A DNA stretch of 64,000 nt from a bacterium (GTDB lineage Bacteria > UBA8248), in assembly GCA_965202625.1 (NCBI GenBank), contig CBDBBI010000010.1, positions 576,001 to 640,000 of the forward strand, written 5' to 3'. Positions within the stretch are counted from its first letter, which is position 1. Each line of letters begins with the position of its first letter. The position numbers and the translations under genes are program-made. Under the pieces are notes generated by a model that worked only from the letters and a program-made list of their open reading frames with translations, was not told where the DNA came from and did no database searches. Positions 20,824 through 32,749 of this stretch are shown piece after piece.

Positions 20824-21762
20824 ATGAGTAAAATATCAGTCTCCCAATTATACAAAGACCTGCGCGAGGAATTGAAATTATCCATTATCTCGGGTGGATC
20901 TGGTGCGGAGCGCCAGATCGGACATACGCGCTTTCAAAAAAACGGCTTGCCCCTCGCCGGGTTTTTGAAAGTCGTCCATCCGGACAGGGTCCAATTATGG
21001 GGCAGGACCGAACTGGACTTTTTGGCGAGTTTGGAGGAGGAGGCGCGTATCAAGGCTGTGCGCAGATATTTTCACCTCCCGTTGTGCGCCATCTTGGTGA
21101 TGGGAGGGCAATATATCTCTCCAGGGGTCGTGGAGGCGTCTGATGAATCCGACGTCCCAATTATCATATCGGGGTTGGCCGGTAAGGATCTCGTGCCGAG
21201 ATTGTCTGAGTATCTCGCAGAGCATCTCTCCCCTCACGCACGGCTGCATGGAGTGCTGGTTGACTTATATGGCGTCGGCGTCCTCATTCAAGGGAAAAGC
21301 GGCATCGGAAAAAGCGAATGTGCACTGCATCTCGTTACGAGGGGGCATCGACTGGTCGCCGACGACGTGGTGGACATCCAGTTGCGCGGGAACGAATTGG
21401 TCGGAAAAAGCACGGAACTGCTCAAGCACCACATCGAGGTGAGGGGGCTTGGAATCCTGAACTTGAAGGATCTTTTCGGAGTCGTGGCGATTCGTTATGA
21501 GAAAAACGTCGACATCATCATAGAGTTGGGACAATGGAGCCCGGATTTGTCGTTCGATCGTCTCGGAATCGATATCGAGACGCAAAACATTTTGGACAAA
21601 CATTTGCCGCACGTGAAGATTCCCGTCGCCCCGGGAAGGAATATCCCCACGCTCATAGAAGTGGCGGCCAGGAATCTGTTGCTCCAAAGGATGGGCTATT
21701 TCTCCGCAGAGGAATTCAGCCGCGCTCTCTCCGCCCGGATTGCGCTCGAATCAACGGGCTAG
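20824..21762 (+). CDS. hprK: HPr kinase/phosphorylase
   Basis: HGVLVD, GKSGIGKSE, GHRLVADD, EVRGLGI, PVAPGRN. Confidence 0.96.
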   Translation: MSKISVSQLYKDLREELKLSIISGGSGAERQIGHTRFQKNGLPLAGFLKVVHPDRVQLWGRTELDFLASLEEEARIKAVRRYFHLPLCAILVMGGQYISPGVVEASDESDVPIIISGLAGKDLVPRLSEYLAEHLSPHARLHGVLVDLYGVGVLIQGKSGIGKSECALHLVTRGHRLVADDVVDIQLRGNELVGKSTELLKHHIEVRGLGILNLKDLFGVVAIRYEKNVDIIIELGQWSPDLSFDRLGIDIETQNILDKHLPHVKIPVAPGRNIPTLIEVAARNLLLQRMGYFSAEEFSRALSARIALESTG

Positions 21763-21797
21763 CCGGACAAAAAAAGAAAAAAACGAAGAGGCCGGGC

Positions 21798-22220
21798 ATG
21801 ATTGGTTTGGTGATTGTTGGTCATGGAGATTATCCGGACGCACTACTGCACGCGGCGAAGTCCATTTTAGACGGCGTAACCCATATGAAAGCAATTGCGT
21901 TGCAGCTTGACGCCAACCCCGCCGGATTTACGGAAAAAATAGAAAGTGCGGTTGCGGAGGTAGAGGCGGGCGAAGGGGTGATCGTCATGACGGATATGAT
22001 GGGCGGCGCTCCTACGAATGCAGCTCTCGCCATGCTGAACCATCCCAAGGTGGAGGTGGTGACGGGGGTGAATTTGCCGATGTTGCTAAAATTGTCTTTC
22101 ATCAAGGGCAAGACCGTCTCCGAGGCGGCTCGTTTCTTGGTGGAATACGGGAGGCGCAATTTGGCACAGCCAAGCGAAATGCTCAATTCTGCAAAACAAC
22201 GCTCAGTCGAGGAGGAATGA
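21798..22220 (+). CDS. PTS EIIA, mannose/fructose family
   Basis: VIVGHG, DMMGGAP, TGVNLPML. Confidence 0.9.
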   Translation: MIGLVIVGHGDYPDALLHAAKSILDGVTHMKAIALQLDANPAGFTEKIESAVAEVEAGEGVIVMTDMMGGAPTNAALAMLNHPKVEVVTGVNLPMLLKLSFIKGKTVSEAARFLVEYGRRNLAQPSEMLNSAKQRSVEEE

Positions 22221-22507
22221 GTACGGGTATGGAAGAGCGCAGAGTCGCCATCTGTAATCCAATGGGAATTCACGCCAGGGCTGCGGCTCAATTCGCGAGT
22301 CTTTCCAGTAAATTCGAGAGCGAAATTCTCGTTCGCTTCCGCGACATGGAAGTGGATGGCAAAAGCATTATGGGCGTTATGATGCTTGCCGCGGCTCTTG
22401 ACTCGGAACTCCTGATCACAGCGATCGGAATAGATGCGGATGCCGCGGTGATGGAACTTGCCAGTCTGGTTCAAAGCGGTTTTGGAGAGATCGTAGAGAT
22501 TCAGTGA
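22217..22507 (+). CDS. ptsH: Phosphocarrier protein HPr
   Basis: GIHARAA (His15) and DGKSIMG (Ser46). Confidence 0.93.
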   Translation: MSTGMEERRVAICNPMGIHARAAAQFASLSSKFESEILVRFRDMEVDGKSIMGVMMLAAALDSELLITAIGIDADAAVMELASLVQSGFGEIVEIQ

Positions 22508-22718
22508 AGATACCTGGAGATTTAAGGGCGCATATTCATAACCTAAGAAAAACATTCGTTCATACGCGCGATCTCAGAGATTTCTCTATAGGAACCTTCA
22601 TTGGGGAAAAAGTAATACTTTCTTTCCCTGGGCTTCTACCCAGACGCGAGAAATGCTAAAACACGCGCAGTCTAGGAGGCGTTTTGTTAGATGCGAGGAT
22701 GCCCTCAACTCATGGGAG

Positions 22719-23903
22719 ATGATGATGAGTTCCAATCATAAGGGAAATTGCATTTTTGCTTCCGAGTCTGTTTCGGAGGGACATCCTGACAAGATTGCCG
22801 ACCAGATTAGCGACTCCGTTTTGGACGCCATTTTTCGTGAGGATCCAAACGGGCGCGTCGCCTGCGAGACGCTTGTCACGACGGGCATCGTGTTTGTGGC
22901 CGGTGAGATTACGACGACGGCGCGTTACGATGCGCGCGAGATCGCGCGCGAAACTGTGCGTCAAATCGGCTACGACGACGCGGCATACGGTTTCGACTGC
23001 AACACGTGTTCCGTCGTCGTGTCGGTCGATCAGCAGTCTCCCAACATCTCTCAAGGGGTGACGGAAGGAGAGGGGCTTTTCCAGGAACAAGGCGCGGGCG
23101 ATCAGGGGATGATGTTCGGGTTCGCCTGTCGGGAATCCGAGGTGTTGATGCCCTTGCCCATCATGCTGGCCCACAGGCTCGTTCGTAGAACCTCGGAGAT
23201 GAGGAGAAACGGCTCCCTGAACTATTTGAGACCCGACAGCAAAAGCCAGGTATCTGTTCGTTATGAAGGCGGAAAGCCAGTGGGAATCGACAATGTCGTC
23301 ATATCCGCCCAGCATTCTCCCGAGGTGAGCCTAAGGCAGGTCCGCGAAGACATCATTCGGGAGGTGATACGTCCCATTGTGCCGGGCGGCATGATGGGAG
23401 GAGATACGGAACTTTATGTGAACCCGACCGGACTTTTCATCATCGGCGGGCCGATGGCCGACACGGGGCTTACGGGACGAAAGATCATCGTGGACACATA
23501 TGGGGGATACAGCAGGCACGGGGGAGGCGCGTTCTCAGGTAAAGACCCCTCAAAGGTGGACCGCTCGGCTGCGTACATGGCGCGCTATATCGCCAAAAAC
23601 ATCGTCGCCTCGGGGGTTGCGGATAAGGTGGAAGTCCAACTTGCCTACGCCATTGGCGTGGCGGACCCGGTCTCCGTCCTAGTGGAGGATTTTGGAACGA
23701 GCCGGGTGGATCCAGATCTCCTCTCATCCGCCGTTCGCGACGTATTTGGTCTGAAGCCCCAGGAGATTATCAAACACCTTGAACTGCGGCGCCCCATATT
23801 CAAGAAAACGGCCGCTTATGGTCATTTCGGCCGAAACGAACCCGAGTTCACGTGGGAAAAGACAGACAAAATAGATGACTTGAAGACCGCCGTCGGGGCG
23901 TGA
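22719..23903 (+). CDS. metK: S-adenosylmethionine synthetase (start approximate)
   Basis: [26 protein letters not shown]. Confidence 0.98.
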   Translation: MMMSSNHKGNCIFASESVSEGHPDKIADQISDSVLDAIFREDPNGRVACETLVTTGIVFVAGEITTTARYDAREIARETVRQIGYDDAAYGFDCNTCSVVVSVDQQSPNISQGVTEGEGLFQEQGAGDQGMMFGFACRESEVLMPLPIMLAHRLVRRTSEMRRNGSLNYLRPDSKSQVSVRYEGGKPVGIDNVVISAQHSPEVSLRQVREDIIREVIRPIVPGGMMGGDTELYVNPTGLFIIGGPMADTGLTGRKIIVDTYGGYSRHGGGAFSGKDPSKVDRSAAYMARYIAKNIVASGVADKVEVQLAYAIGVADPVSVLVEDFGTSRVDPDLLSSAVRDVFGLKPQEIIKHLELRRPIFKKTAAYGHFGRNEPEFTWEKTDKIDDLKTAVGA

Positions 23904-25211
<1,308 letters not shown>

Positions 25212-25256
25212 GAAGCACCTCTCATCAAATACGCCGCCCGTCGCGGGAGAGGTTTT

Positions 25257-26600
25257 GTGGCAGGGACCTTTTTCACGCTGCGCCACGCTAAAAAACAGAA
25301 CAGACGACTAGTTGGAAATCCATCTCTCATCCTTCTCGTATTGCTCATCTTCTGGGTGGGGAACGGGTGTGTCACTCTTGGTGCGCCAGGTCTGGGCGCT
25401 ACAAGTGTCCTTGGGGTTCGAGAGTTTTCCACTGAGGACTATGCGCGAATCGTTTTGATACTCGACCGCGAGACGTTTGACTTCGAATCCGGTGTCTTGG
25501 GCCGGCCGACGCGAATTTTTATCGACATCCCCCAAGGACGCGTCAGAGGGGGGGTGCGGATTCCGGAAATCCGGTCGGAAAAAAGCATCATATCCCGACT
25601 TCGGTTCGGCAACCCCCAGAAGAACATCCTGCGCTTTGTGATTGACGTCTCGGGAAAACGCGACCTTACACGCCGAGTTTTCACCCTACCGAGCCCGCAT
25701 CGCATCGTGATTGACGTGAGGGCGAAACGCGCGCGCTCATCGAAATCTCGAAAAGGAAAAGAGGGAGACTCTCATACTAAGCGCGTGAAGCGGGAAAGTC
25801 TCGCCCGTCCGCGGAGAGATCGCCCGCGTGCGACTTCCAAGGGGAGATTGAAGCGCCGCAATCTGAGCCTAGCCCAAAGGTTCCGCTACGGCCTCGGTAA
25901 AATTGTGCTGGACCCGGCGCACGGTGGCAAGGATCCGGGCGCCGTCGGTTTGGGTGGCCTCAAGGAGAAAGACGTCGCACTGGATATCGCGTTCCGGATG
26001 AGAAAGGCGCTGAGGAGAGGCTTGCCCGGAAACGCGATCCATCTCACCAGAACTTCTGACAAATACGTTTCCCTTCCCGACAGGACGGCACTCGCCAATG
26101 AGCATGACGCGGATATGTTCGTATCGATTCATGCGAACAGCGCACCCTCGCGGCGCATCCATGGAGTTGAGACCTATCTTTTGAGCGAGGCGTCATCTAA
26201 GAGGGCACTTGCATTATCGGCCAGAGAAAGCGGAACGACTGTCGCGCGTATGAGCGATTTGCAGAAGATACTGCGTGACTTGACGCTGCGGTCGAAGGTG
26301 GATGAATCGCGGAAGCTAGCGCAGCTAGTCCAAAAAGCGATCCTCTTGCGCTTAAGACGAACCTACCGAGGCATTCGGGATTTGGGCGTGAAGCGAGGGC
26401 CATTCTACGTCCTTCTCGGCGCCCAGGAGATGCCAAGCATATTGGTTGAAGTCGCCTTCATATCAAACCCGATAGAAGCACGAAGGCTGAGGCGTCCCGC
26501 ATATCGCCAGGCGCTTGCGGAAGGAATTGCGAAAGGTATGATGCGCTTCGTATGGGCGTCGGGCTACGGAAAGGCCAGAAGAGATGCCCTAAAGCGCTGA
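25257..26600 (+). CDS. N-acetylmuramoyl-L-alanine amidase (AMIN + Amidase_3)
   Basis: AMIN-like repeats (PTRIFID, PHRIVID); LDPAHGG, EKD, SIHAN, LVEVAF. Confidence 0.92.
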   Translation: MAGTFFTLRHAKKQNRRLVGNPSLILLVLLIFWVGNGCVTLGAPGLGATSVLGVREFSTEDYARIVLILDRETFDFESGVLGRPTRIFIDIPQGRVRGGVRIPEIRSEKSIISRLRFGNPQKNILRFVIDVSGKRDLTRRVFTLPSPHRIVIDVRAKRARSSKSRKGKEGDSHTKRVKRESLARPRRDRPRATSKGRLKRRNLSLAQRFRYGLGKIVLDPAHGGKDPGAVGLGGLKEKDVALDIAFRMRKALRRGLPGNAIHLTRTSDKYVSLPDRTALANEHDADMFVSIHANSAPSRRIHGVETYLLSEASSKRALALSARESGTTVARMSDLQKILRDLTLRSKVDESRKLAQLVQKAILLRLRRTYRGIRDLGVKRGPFYVLLGAQEMPSILVEVAFISNPIEARRLRRPAYRQALAEGIAKGMMRFVWASGYGKARRDALKR

Positions 26601-26631
26601 AGCGCGTTTTCTCGCCTGGAAGCGAGTCTCT

Positions 26632-28008
26632 ATGTCTTCGCCTCTGTTCGTCATCGTCGGTCGCCCGAACGTGGGCAAATCCACCTTATTCAATCGTCTC
26701 ATCGGCAGGCGGGCCGCCATTGTGCAGCCGGAACCGGGAGTAACGCGGGACAGGCGCTACGGAGAGGGGCAATGGGGAAATAAAAATTTTCTGATTGTCG
26801 ACACAGGCGGCATCGCCGCATCCGAAGAGGATCCGTTCTTGCTGAAAATTCAAGAACAGACGGTAGTCGCGATTGAGGAAAGCGACCTCGTCCTGTTTTT
26901 GGTCGACGGGATCGAGGGTCTCCTGCCCGGGGATCAAGAGGTCGCGCAAATGATTCGCACATCTCAAAAACCTGCCCTCCTCATCGTGAATAAATCGGAC
27001 GCTAAGCGCGCGAGAGAGACGAAATGGGATTTTTACCAGCTGGGCCTTGGCGAGATTTGGCCCGTCTCGACTGAACATGGCACCGGCGTGTCCGACGTGA
27101 TAGATGAGGCGATTCGCATCGTTTCGCCCGGAAAAACGCAAATCGAAGGGGCCGAAAGAACAGAAGAGCGGCGCATCGCCGTTGTTGGACGCCCGAACGT
27201 GGGTAAATCCTCTTTCGTGAACCAGATTCTCGGAAGGAAACGAAACCTAGTGAGTTCCGTTCCGGGGACGACGAGAGACCCGGTGGATTCCCTCTGCCGG
27301 CGGGGAGAGAAGTCCTATCGAATCGTGGATACGGCCGGTATCAGGAGGCGTGGGAAGATAGGGGCGCGCCAAGTGGAAGCGGTGAGCATGATGATGGCGT
27401 ATCGCAGCATCGAGCGCGCTCAAGTCGCGTTACTCCTCATTGACGCGACCGAAGGCCCAAGAGCGATGGACGCGCAGATAGCCCGCCACATCAAAGAGTC
27501 TGGCCGCGCCTGCGCAATTTTGCTGAACAAATGGGACCTCCTAGCAAAGGAGACCGAAACGTTTGATGCCAAGGTGCTCGAGATCAGAGAGAAACTGGTT
27601 CACGTCCACTTCGCCCCTGTTCTTTCCATTTCCGCCCTAACAGGACAGAGGTGCGAGCGTGTTTTCGAGCTAGTGGAAAAAATATATGCGTCTCACCTGC
27701 GGCGCGTACCCACCGCTCAGATGAATCGAGCGATAGCGGAAATCGTTCGCGCGCATCCTCCGCCCGCCGCTCCGGGGGGTAGGCGTCCCAAGGTGTATTA
27801 TTCCACCCAAAGCGCCGTCTCTCCCCCCCAAGTTATGCTGTTCGCAAGTCTTGCAAGCCACATCCCCGTCGAGCAATATGGGCGATACGTGGAGAACAGG
27901 CTGAGAGAGCGGTTTGACTTCGAGGGAACCCCGCTGCGGATCGGTTTTCGCCAAAGGGGGAGAAGTTCTCCACGAAAGCGGGGTAGAGGTAGGAACGCAG
28001 ACCGATAG
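26632..28008 (+). CDS. der: Ribosome biogenesis GTPase Der (EngA)
   Basis: Two GRPNVGKS P-loops, DTGG/DTAG, NKSD/NKWD, FEGTP. Confidence 0.97.
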   Translation: MSSPLFVIVGRPNVGKSTLFNRLIGRRAAIVQPEPGVTRDRRYGEGQWGNKNFLIVDTGGIAASEEDPFLLKIQEQTVVAIEESDLVLFLVDGIEGLLPGDQEVAQMIRTSQKPALLIVNKSDAKRARETKWDFYQLGLGEIWPVSTEHGTGVSDVIDEAIRIVSPGKTQIEGAERTEERRIAVVGRPNVGKSSFVNQILGRKRNLVSSVPGTTRDPVDSLCRRGEKSYRIVDTAGIRRRGKIGARQVEAVSMMMAYRSIERAQVALLLIDATEGPRAMDAQIARHIKESGRACAILLNKWDLLAKETETFDAKVLEIREKLVHVHFAPVLSISALTGQRCERVFELVEKIYASHLRRVPTAQMNRAIAEIVRAHPPPAAPGGRRPKVYYSTQSAVSPPQVMLFASLASHIPVEQYGRYVENRLRERFDFEGTPLRIGFRQRGRSSPRKRGRGRNADR

Positions 28009-28097
28009 CCTCAAAATTTTTCGAGAGTCTTGAGAAATAGATGGACATATAGTTCATGCCCAGCTTTAATTATATCATCACAAGCATTTCATTATGA

Positions 28098-28126
28098 TTG
28101 ACAAATCTATTTTTGCTTGGCAGAAT
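28098..28126 (+). promoter_or_regulatory. Candidate sigma70 promoter for the EF-G paralogue
   Basis: TTGACA-17 nt-CAGAAT with TG extended -10, in AT-rich intergenic DNA. Confidence 0.6.
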
Positions 28127-28227
28127 TACCCTAAATTAGTATTTTCAAGTTCTTCATTGAGCTAAGCGTGATGCTTTTTCACGAGATTGAGATGACCAAA
28201 AGGCTGATATTAGAGGAGTTAAGGTAA

Positions 28228-30315
28228 ATGGCGGCGCAAGAAACAGAACGGATCCGAAACGTTGCTTTTGTGGGAGAGGGCGGAAACGGAAAAACTTCTC
28301 TCGTGGAAGCCTGTCTCTTCACCGCCGGAAGCACGGACAGGCAAGGAAATGTGTACGCAGGAAGCACGATACTCGACTTCGAGCCTGAGGAAGTGAAGAG
28401 AACCTCCTCCATCTTCGGAGCGGTGGCCTACGCCGACTGGAACAAGCGTCGCTTCAATCTTCTCGATACGCCGGGATATTCAAACTTCATATCCGATGCC
28501 CTAGCCGCCATCCGCGCGTGCGACAACGCGGTCGTCGTCTTGAATTCTCACTCAGATCTGAAAGTGATTACCGAAAAAGTCTTGGGCTGGGCCGAGGATG
28601 AGGGTCTGTGCGCGTTCATATATCTCAACCAGATGGATCATGAACAAGCGGATTTGAGTCGCGTACTGGAACATGCGGGAAAGGTGATCAACAAGCGTCT
28701 CGTGGTTTTACAACTACCCATTAACCCCGGTGTCGGCTTCAACGGGATTCTCGATCTCATTATGGGCAAGACCTACACCTATGAAGTGGGGGGAAGCGGA
28801 AAGGGCGAGGAGGGCGATATTCCGGCGGAACTTGTCGATGCCTATGAAGAGCATCGCGCGCGGCTCATTGAGTTCGCCGCGGAATCGGACGAAGAGGTGC
28901 TCGAAAAATATCTCGAAGGAGAGGAACTCTCTCCGGATGAGATCGTTCAAGGACTGCGCCAGGGGATCCAGGAGGGTTCCTTCTTGCCGGTGTTATGCGG
29001 GTGCGGTCTCACGAACGTGGGCACGGACCTTCTACTTGATGCGCTCGATCAGTTTGGCGCCTCGCCCCTCGTTCATGAGTTCAAGGCAAGAAACGACGGC
29101 GGGGGGGAGGTGAACGTCAAGGCCGATTCAGGCGCGCCTTTCCGCGCCCTGGTGTTCAAAACGGTCATAGATGCTTTCGCCGGCAAGCTAAACTACTTTC
29201 GGGTAGTTTCGGGCGAAATTTCCTCCGACGCCAGCGTTCTCAACACCACACGATCGGAGAAAGAGAGAATCGGCGCCTTGTTCTTCGTCCAGGGGAAAGG
29301 GCAATCTCCCGTCTCCGATAAGCTCGTGCCAGGAGACATTGCTGCGGTCGCAAAACTGAAAATCACCAGAACCGGGGATACGCTTTGTGCCGAAGCGGGC
29401 GCCGTCGTGTTTGAACCCATCAACTTTCCTTCTCCTGTCATCTCCTACGCCGTAGCGCCCAAGAGCAAGGGAGATGAGGAGAAGCTCAGCACCGCCATCG
29501 CGCGCTCGCGCGATGAGGATCCCGTTCTCACCGTCAGCCGCGATCCGCAGACGAAGGAGATGCTTCTCTCGGGGCTGGGTGTTTTGCACATCAAAGTGAT
29601 GGTGGAGCGCATCAAGCGCAAATATGGCGTGGAAGTCGATATGAAAACCCCCCGCGTACCCTACAAGGAAACGATTAAAGGCAGAACTAAGGTGCAGGGC
29701 CGCTACAAGAAGCAAACGGGCGGGCGCGGACAATTCGGAGACACATGGCTTGAGATCGAGCCGCTACAGCGCGGAAGCGGCTTCGAGTTCGTAGATAAGA
29801 TTGTCGGCGGCGTGATCCCGAAAACGTTCATTCCGGCCGTGGAGAAGGGGATCGTAGAGGCAATGGATTCCGGTACCCTAGCTGGCTACCCAGTGACGGA
29901 TTTGAGGATCACGCTTTATGACGGCAGTTTTCACAACGTAGACAGCTCTGAGATGGCCTTCAAAATAGCCGGTTCTCTTGGCTTCAAAAAGGGCTTGCGG
30001 GAATGTAAGCCCACCCTCCTGGAACCCATCATGAACATGAACGTCGTCGTTCCGGAAGAGTATATGGGCGACATCATCGGGGACATGAACTCACGCAGGG
30101 GCAGGGTGCTCGGTATGGATCCGGGTGCTGGCGGCAAACAGGTCATCAAATCGCAGGTTCCCATGGCCGAGGTGTTGAACTACGCACCCGTGCTTCGCTC
30201 GCTTACCGCGGATCGGGGTGATTTCTCCATAGAGTTTTCACACTACGAGGAAGTACCAGGACAGATTTCTGAAAAAATTATATCCGAAGTGACACTTGCC
30301 GGTGAGAGCGAATGA
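28228..30315 (+). CDS. fusA: Elongation factor G paralogue (EF-G2-like)
   Basis: Full EF-G architecture (KKQTGGRGQFG, DGSFHNVDSSEMAF, LLEPIM) with divergent G motifs; not in an rpsL-rpsG-tuf operon. Confidence 0.9.
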   Translation: MAAQETERIRNVAFVGEGGNGKTSLVEACLFTAGSTDRQGNVYAGSTILDFEPEEVKRTSSIFGAVAYADWNKRRFNLLDTPGYSNFISDALAAIRACDNAVVVLNSHSDLKVITEKVLGWAEDEGLCAFIYLNQMDHEQADLSRVLEHAGKVINKRLVVLQLPINPGVGFNGILDLIMGKTYTYEVGGSGKGEEGDIPAELVDAYEEHRARLIEFAAESDEEVLEKYLEGEELSPDEIVQGLRQGIQEGSFLPVLCGCGLTNVGTDLLLDALDQFGASPLVHEFKARNDGGGEVNVKADSGAPFRALVFKTVIDAFAGKLNYFRVVSGEISSDASVLNTTRSEKERIGALFFVQGKGQSPVSDKLVPGDIAAVAKLKITRTGDTLCAEAGAVVFEPINFPSPVISYAVAPKSKGDEEKLSTAIARSRDEDPVLTVSRDPQTKEMLLSGLGVLHIKVMVERIKRKYGVEVDMKTPRVPYKETIKGRTKVQGRYKKQTGGRGQFGDTWLEIEPLQRGSGFEFVDKIVGGVIPKTFIPAVEKGIVEAMDSGTLAGYPVTDLRITLYDGSFHNVDSSEMAFKIAGSLGFKKGLRECKPTLLEPIMNMNVVVPEEYMGDIIGDMNSRRGRVLGMDPGAGGKQVIKSQVPMAEVLNYAPVLRSLTADRGDFSIEFSHYEEVPGQISEKIISEVTLAGESE

Positions 30316-30416
30316 CTTCGCCCTCACACATAGAGGGTTCGAATCATGGTCCAAAAAAGAGGGCGACTCGGGGGAGAATTACGGAGACTGCGAAGAAAAG
30401 GATGAGTGTCGTGGTG

Positions 30417-30792
30417 GTGGTCTTCTAAGACACCTTGATGGTCGCCCTGTTCTCGTTTGTCATGCTGGGTGGCGTAGGTGGGATATCAGTTTTGGTGGAT
30501 ACCCAAGATCGCGAAAAAAGAAAGAATCAAAGAAGCCCAGCAGAAGCAGAAAGAGCAAAGAAAGATGCGGCTGGCCCGAATTGAGCGCGAGACCGAGCTC
30601 ACGAAACAAGCACTCACGATCCTTGAACAGGTCAAGACGGACGGCGCGCGGGAGCGAGGACAGCCCGTTGTGTGGCCCGTTTCCCCCAAAGAGCAAAGGA
30701 GAGCAAATGCGGTGCCGAACGCAGTGGTAATGAAGAAATCCTCCGCACCACAAGGCCAACTTCTGAAAGACAGTCGGCATCAAACGCGATGA
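30417..30792 (+). pseudogene. Probable decayed membrane-anchored coiled-coil protein
   Basis: Hydrophobic LMVALFSFVMLGGV lies in a different frame just before GYQFWWIPKIAKKERIKEAQQKQKEQR; boundaries approximate. Confidence 0.35.
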
Positions 30793-31191
30793 TTACGGAA
30801 AAATCTATCGCCTCTCACCAGGGAGCAAAAGGTAAAACCAAGGGTTCGGGCAAACCCAAAGACACAAAAACCTAAAGCGAGAGCGCAGGAAAGCCTAGAC
30901 GTCCGTAGGCCGCGCCAAGGTATATCGGCACCAAAAGCAGTGGAGAGTATCCGTGGGAAGTTTTAAGTATCTGGAAGATACGGCCATCCTTTTGGATTGC
31001 ATCAAGGATTCTGGGTTTCGTGGCGAGCTTGCTTTCCGGCTTCAAGTCAAGACGACGCGGTTTTATGGAATACAGACGGGCAAATTTGAGAGATTTCGTG
31101 GGGCGATGGCGTTTAGAAGAAAAATCATCGGCGCTGGATTTTCTGATGCCACCGTAGTTCGTCAAAGGTTGAAAAAATAGAGGATCGATTC

Positions 31192-31614
31192 ATGTCCCAA
31201 GTTGCCCAGGAACAGCGGATACCCGACAAGTTGTTCTTCAAGATTGGTCAAGTGGCACAGTTGACGGGTACAAAACCCCATGTGCTTCGTTATTGGGAGA
31301 GTGAGTTTCAAATGCTCCGGCCCGCTAAGGGCGACTCGGGCCAGCGCGTCTACCGCCGCAAGGATGTGGAAATCGTTTTTTCCATCAAGAAATTATTACA
31401 CGAAGAGAATTTTACCATTGCGGGAGCCAAGAAGCAGCTGCAAAAGCGAAGAGGGGCGAAATCCGAAGCCAGCAAAGCGCAAAAACCCATCGAAGCCCAG
31501 CCGGAAGCTACCCCCGCGCCGTCCTCTAGCGGCGAGAGCAAGGAAGGGGTCGATCTCGCGTGGGTGCAGAAAGAACTCCAAGAGATACTCAAGATTTTTG
31601 GCGGGAGCGGCTGA
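31192..31614 (+). CDS. MerR-family HTH regulator (type usually found after ihfA)
   Basis: [38 protein letters not shown]. Confidence 0.92.
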   Translation: MSQVAQEQRIPDKLFFKIGQVAQLTGTKPHVLRYWESEFQMLRPAKGDSGQRVYRRKDVEIVFSIKKLLHEENFTIAGAKKQLQKRRGAKSEASKAQKPIEAQPEATPAPSSSGESKEGVDLAWVQKELQEILKIFGGSG

Positions 31615-31670
31615 GAGCCGTCCGGATGTGTTTTAAAAGCCCCGTGCAGCACATATTCTTTCTCTCATCT

Positions 31671-31706
31671 TCTGAGGAGCAAACGTATGGACGCTTGCTC
31701 CTCAGA
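31671..31706. other. Strong intergenic hairpin
   Basis: TCTGAGGAGCAA...TTGCTCCTCAGA perfect 12-bp stem plus inner CGT/ACG. Confidence 0.7.
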
Positions 31707-31781
31707 TGGAAAAACCCGCGCCAGTGCTTCTCAAAGGTGTCGGCGTTCTCGCTTGGACGAAGCACTCGTCTAGGGAAGTGA

Positions 31782-31810
31782 TTGACTGATCAGCGCGCGC
31801 CACTTATCGT
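31782..31810 (+). promoter_or_regulatory. Candidate sigma70 promoter
   Basis: TTGACT-17 nt-TATCGT upstream of the TPR gene. Confidence 0.45.
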
Positions 31811-31940
31811 TGGGCTTGGTGATTGTCGAAAAACGACTTGAAGTCTAAAATGTGTGAAAGGGCCAGTGCCATCAATGGTTGATAGACGAGCCTTAGATCA
31901 AATCGCGTCCGCAGATTCAACGATTGTAGGACTCTGAGAG

Positions 31941-32609
31941 ATGGCTAGAACTTTTCGGAAAGAAATTCGGCAGCCAGACGCCTTGCAAATCTACGGACGG
32001 AAGACGCTTTCTTGGTTCGTCGCGCATCACCGGGTCTTGTACGCGGGTCTGGCGGGTGTTGTCGTGCTAGCAGCCGTTTTCGTAGGATACCACATGTGGG
32101 ATCAACGTGCTCGGGAAAAAGCGTCCTTGGCGTATGGCCTCGCCAAAATCGCATCTCCGGACGGCAAGGGCGAAGCGGTAGAGGCTGCGCTTCAAAAGGT
32201 GGCCGCCGATTATCCTCGCTCACGTCCAGGGCTTTTAGCGCGCTTGCGTCTGGCGGCCTTGTTGCGCGAGAGAAAGGAGTATCAGGGTGCGCAGGCACAG
32301 TATGAGCTCGTGGCCAAGAGCGGCACCTCAGAGAGCGATAAAGAACTGGCCAAGCGCGGAGCGGCGTCTGTCTTGATGCTACAGGGGGCCTGCGACGACG
32401 CTGTATCGATCTGGAAGTCGATTCTCGAAAAAGGGAGTCTCTTCGCGCCTGACGATCTGTATTTGTCCATCGCCGCTTGCCAGGAGAAGCTCGGCAAACT
32501 TGAGGAAGCCAGAAAAACTTATGAGGAATTAAGCAAAAAACATCCCGATAGTCCATTCCTGAATGAAGTATATTATCCGCCCAAGTCCCCTAAACATGAT
32601 TCATCGTAA
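31941..32609 (+). CDS. YfgM-like membrane-anchored tetratricopeptide repeat protein
   Basis: KEIRQPD N-terminus, single TM, TPR-like helices, HPDSPF. Confidence 0.85.
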   Translation: MARTFRKEIRQPDALQIYGRKTLSWFVAHHRVLYAGLAGVVVLAAVFVGYHMWDQRAREKASLAYGLAKIASPDGKGEAVEAALQKVAADYPRSRPGLLARLRLAALLRERKEYQGAQAQYELVAKSGTSESDKELAKRGAASVLMLQGACDDAVSIWKSILEKGSLFAPDDLYLSIAACQEKLGKLEEARKTYEELSKKHPDSPFLNEVYYPPKSPKHDSS

Positions 32610-32749
32610 GGCTGAGTTGACGAGTAGCCTGAGCCTTCTTCGACGAGCCATGCCGCGAAGAAGAAGAACCCGGCGCCTCTAAGTTGACAATAGACTTCAT
32701 AACGACGACGACCACGACCCATACGCATATCAACCTCCTGTCAGCCAGA

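Noticed and set aside
22508-22718. SAM riboswitch upstream of metK-ahcY
   Set aside because: No SAM-I core and only an isolated GCTAAA, with no supportable SAM-II pairing.
30953-31180. 75-aa ORF upstream of the MerR-like gene as ihfA
   Set aside because: Lacks the IHF/HU signatures (GFG.F, RNP.TG).
32556-32583. Third dif-like string TTCCTGAATGA-AGTATA-TTATCCGCCCA in the 3' end of the TPR gene
   Set aside because: Only GTATATTAT matches; both arms are poor and it lies in coding sequence. Could be chance, though worth a PSSM score.
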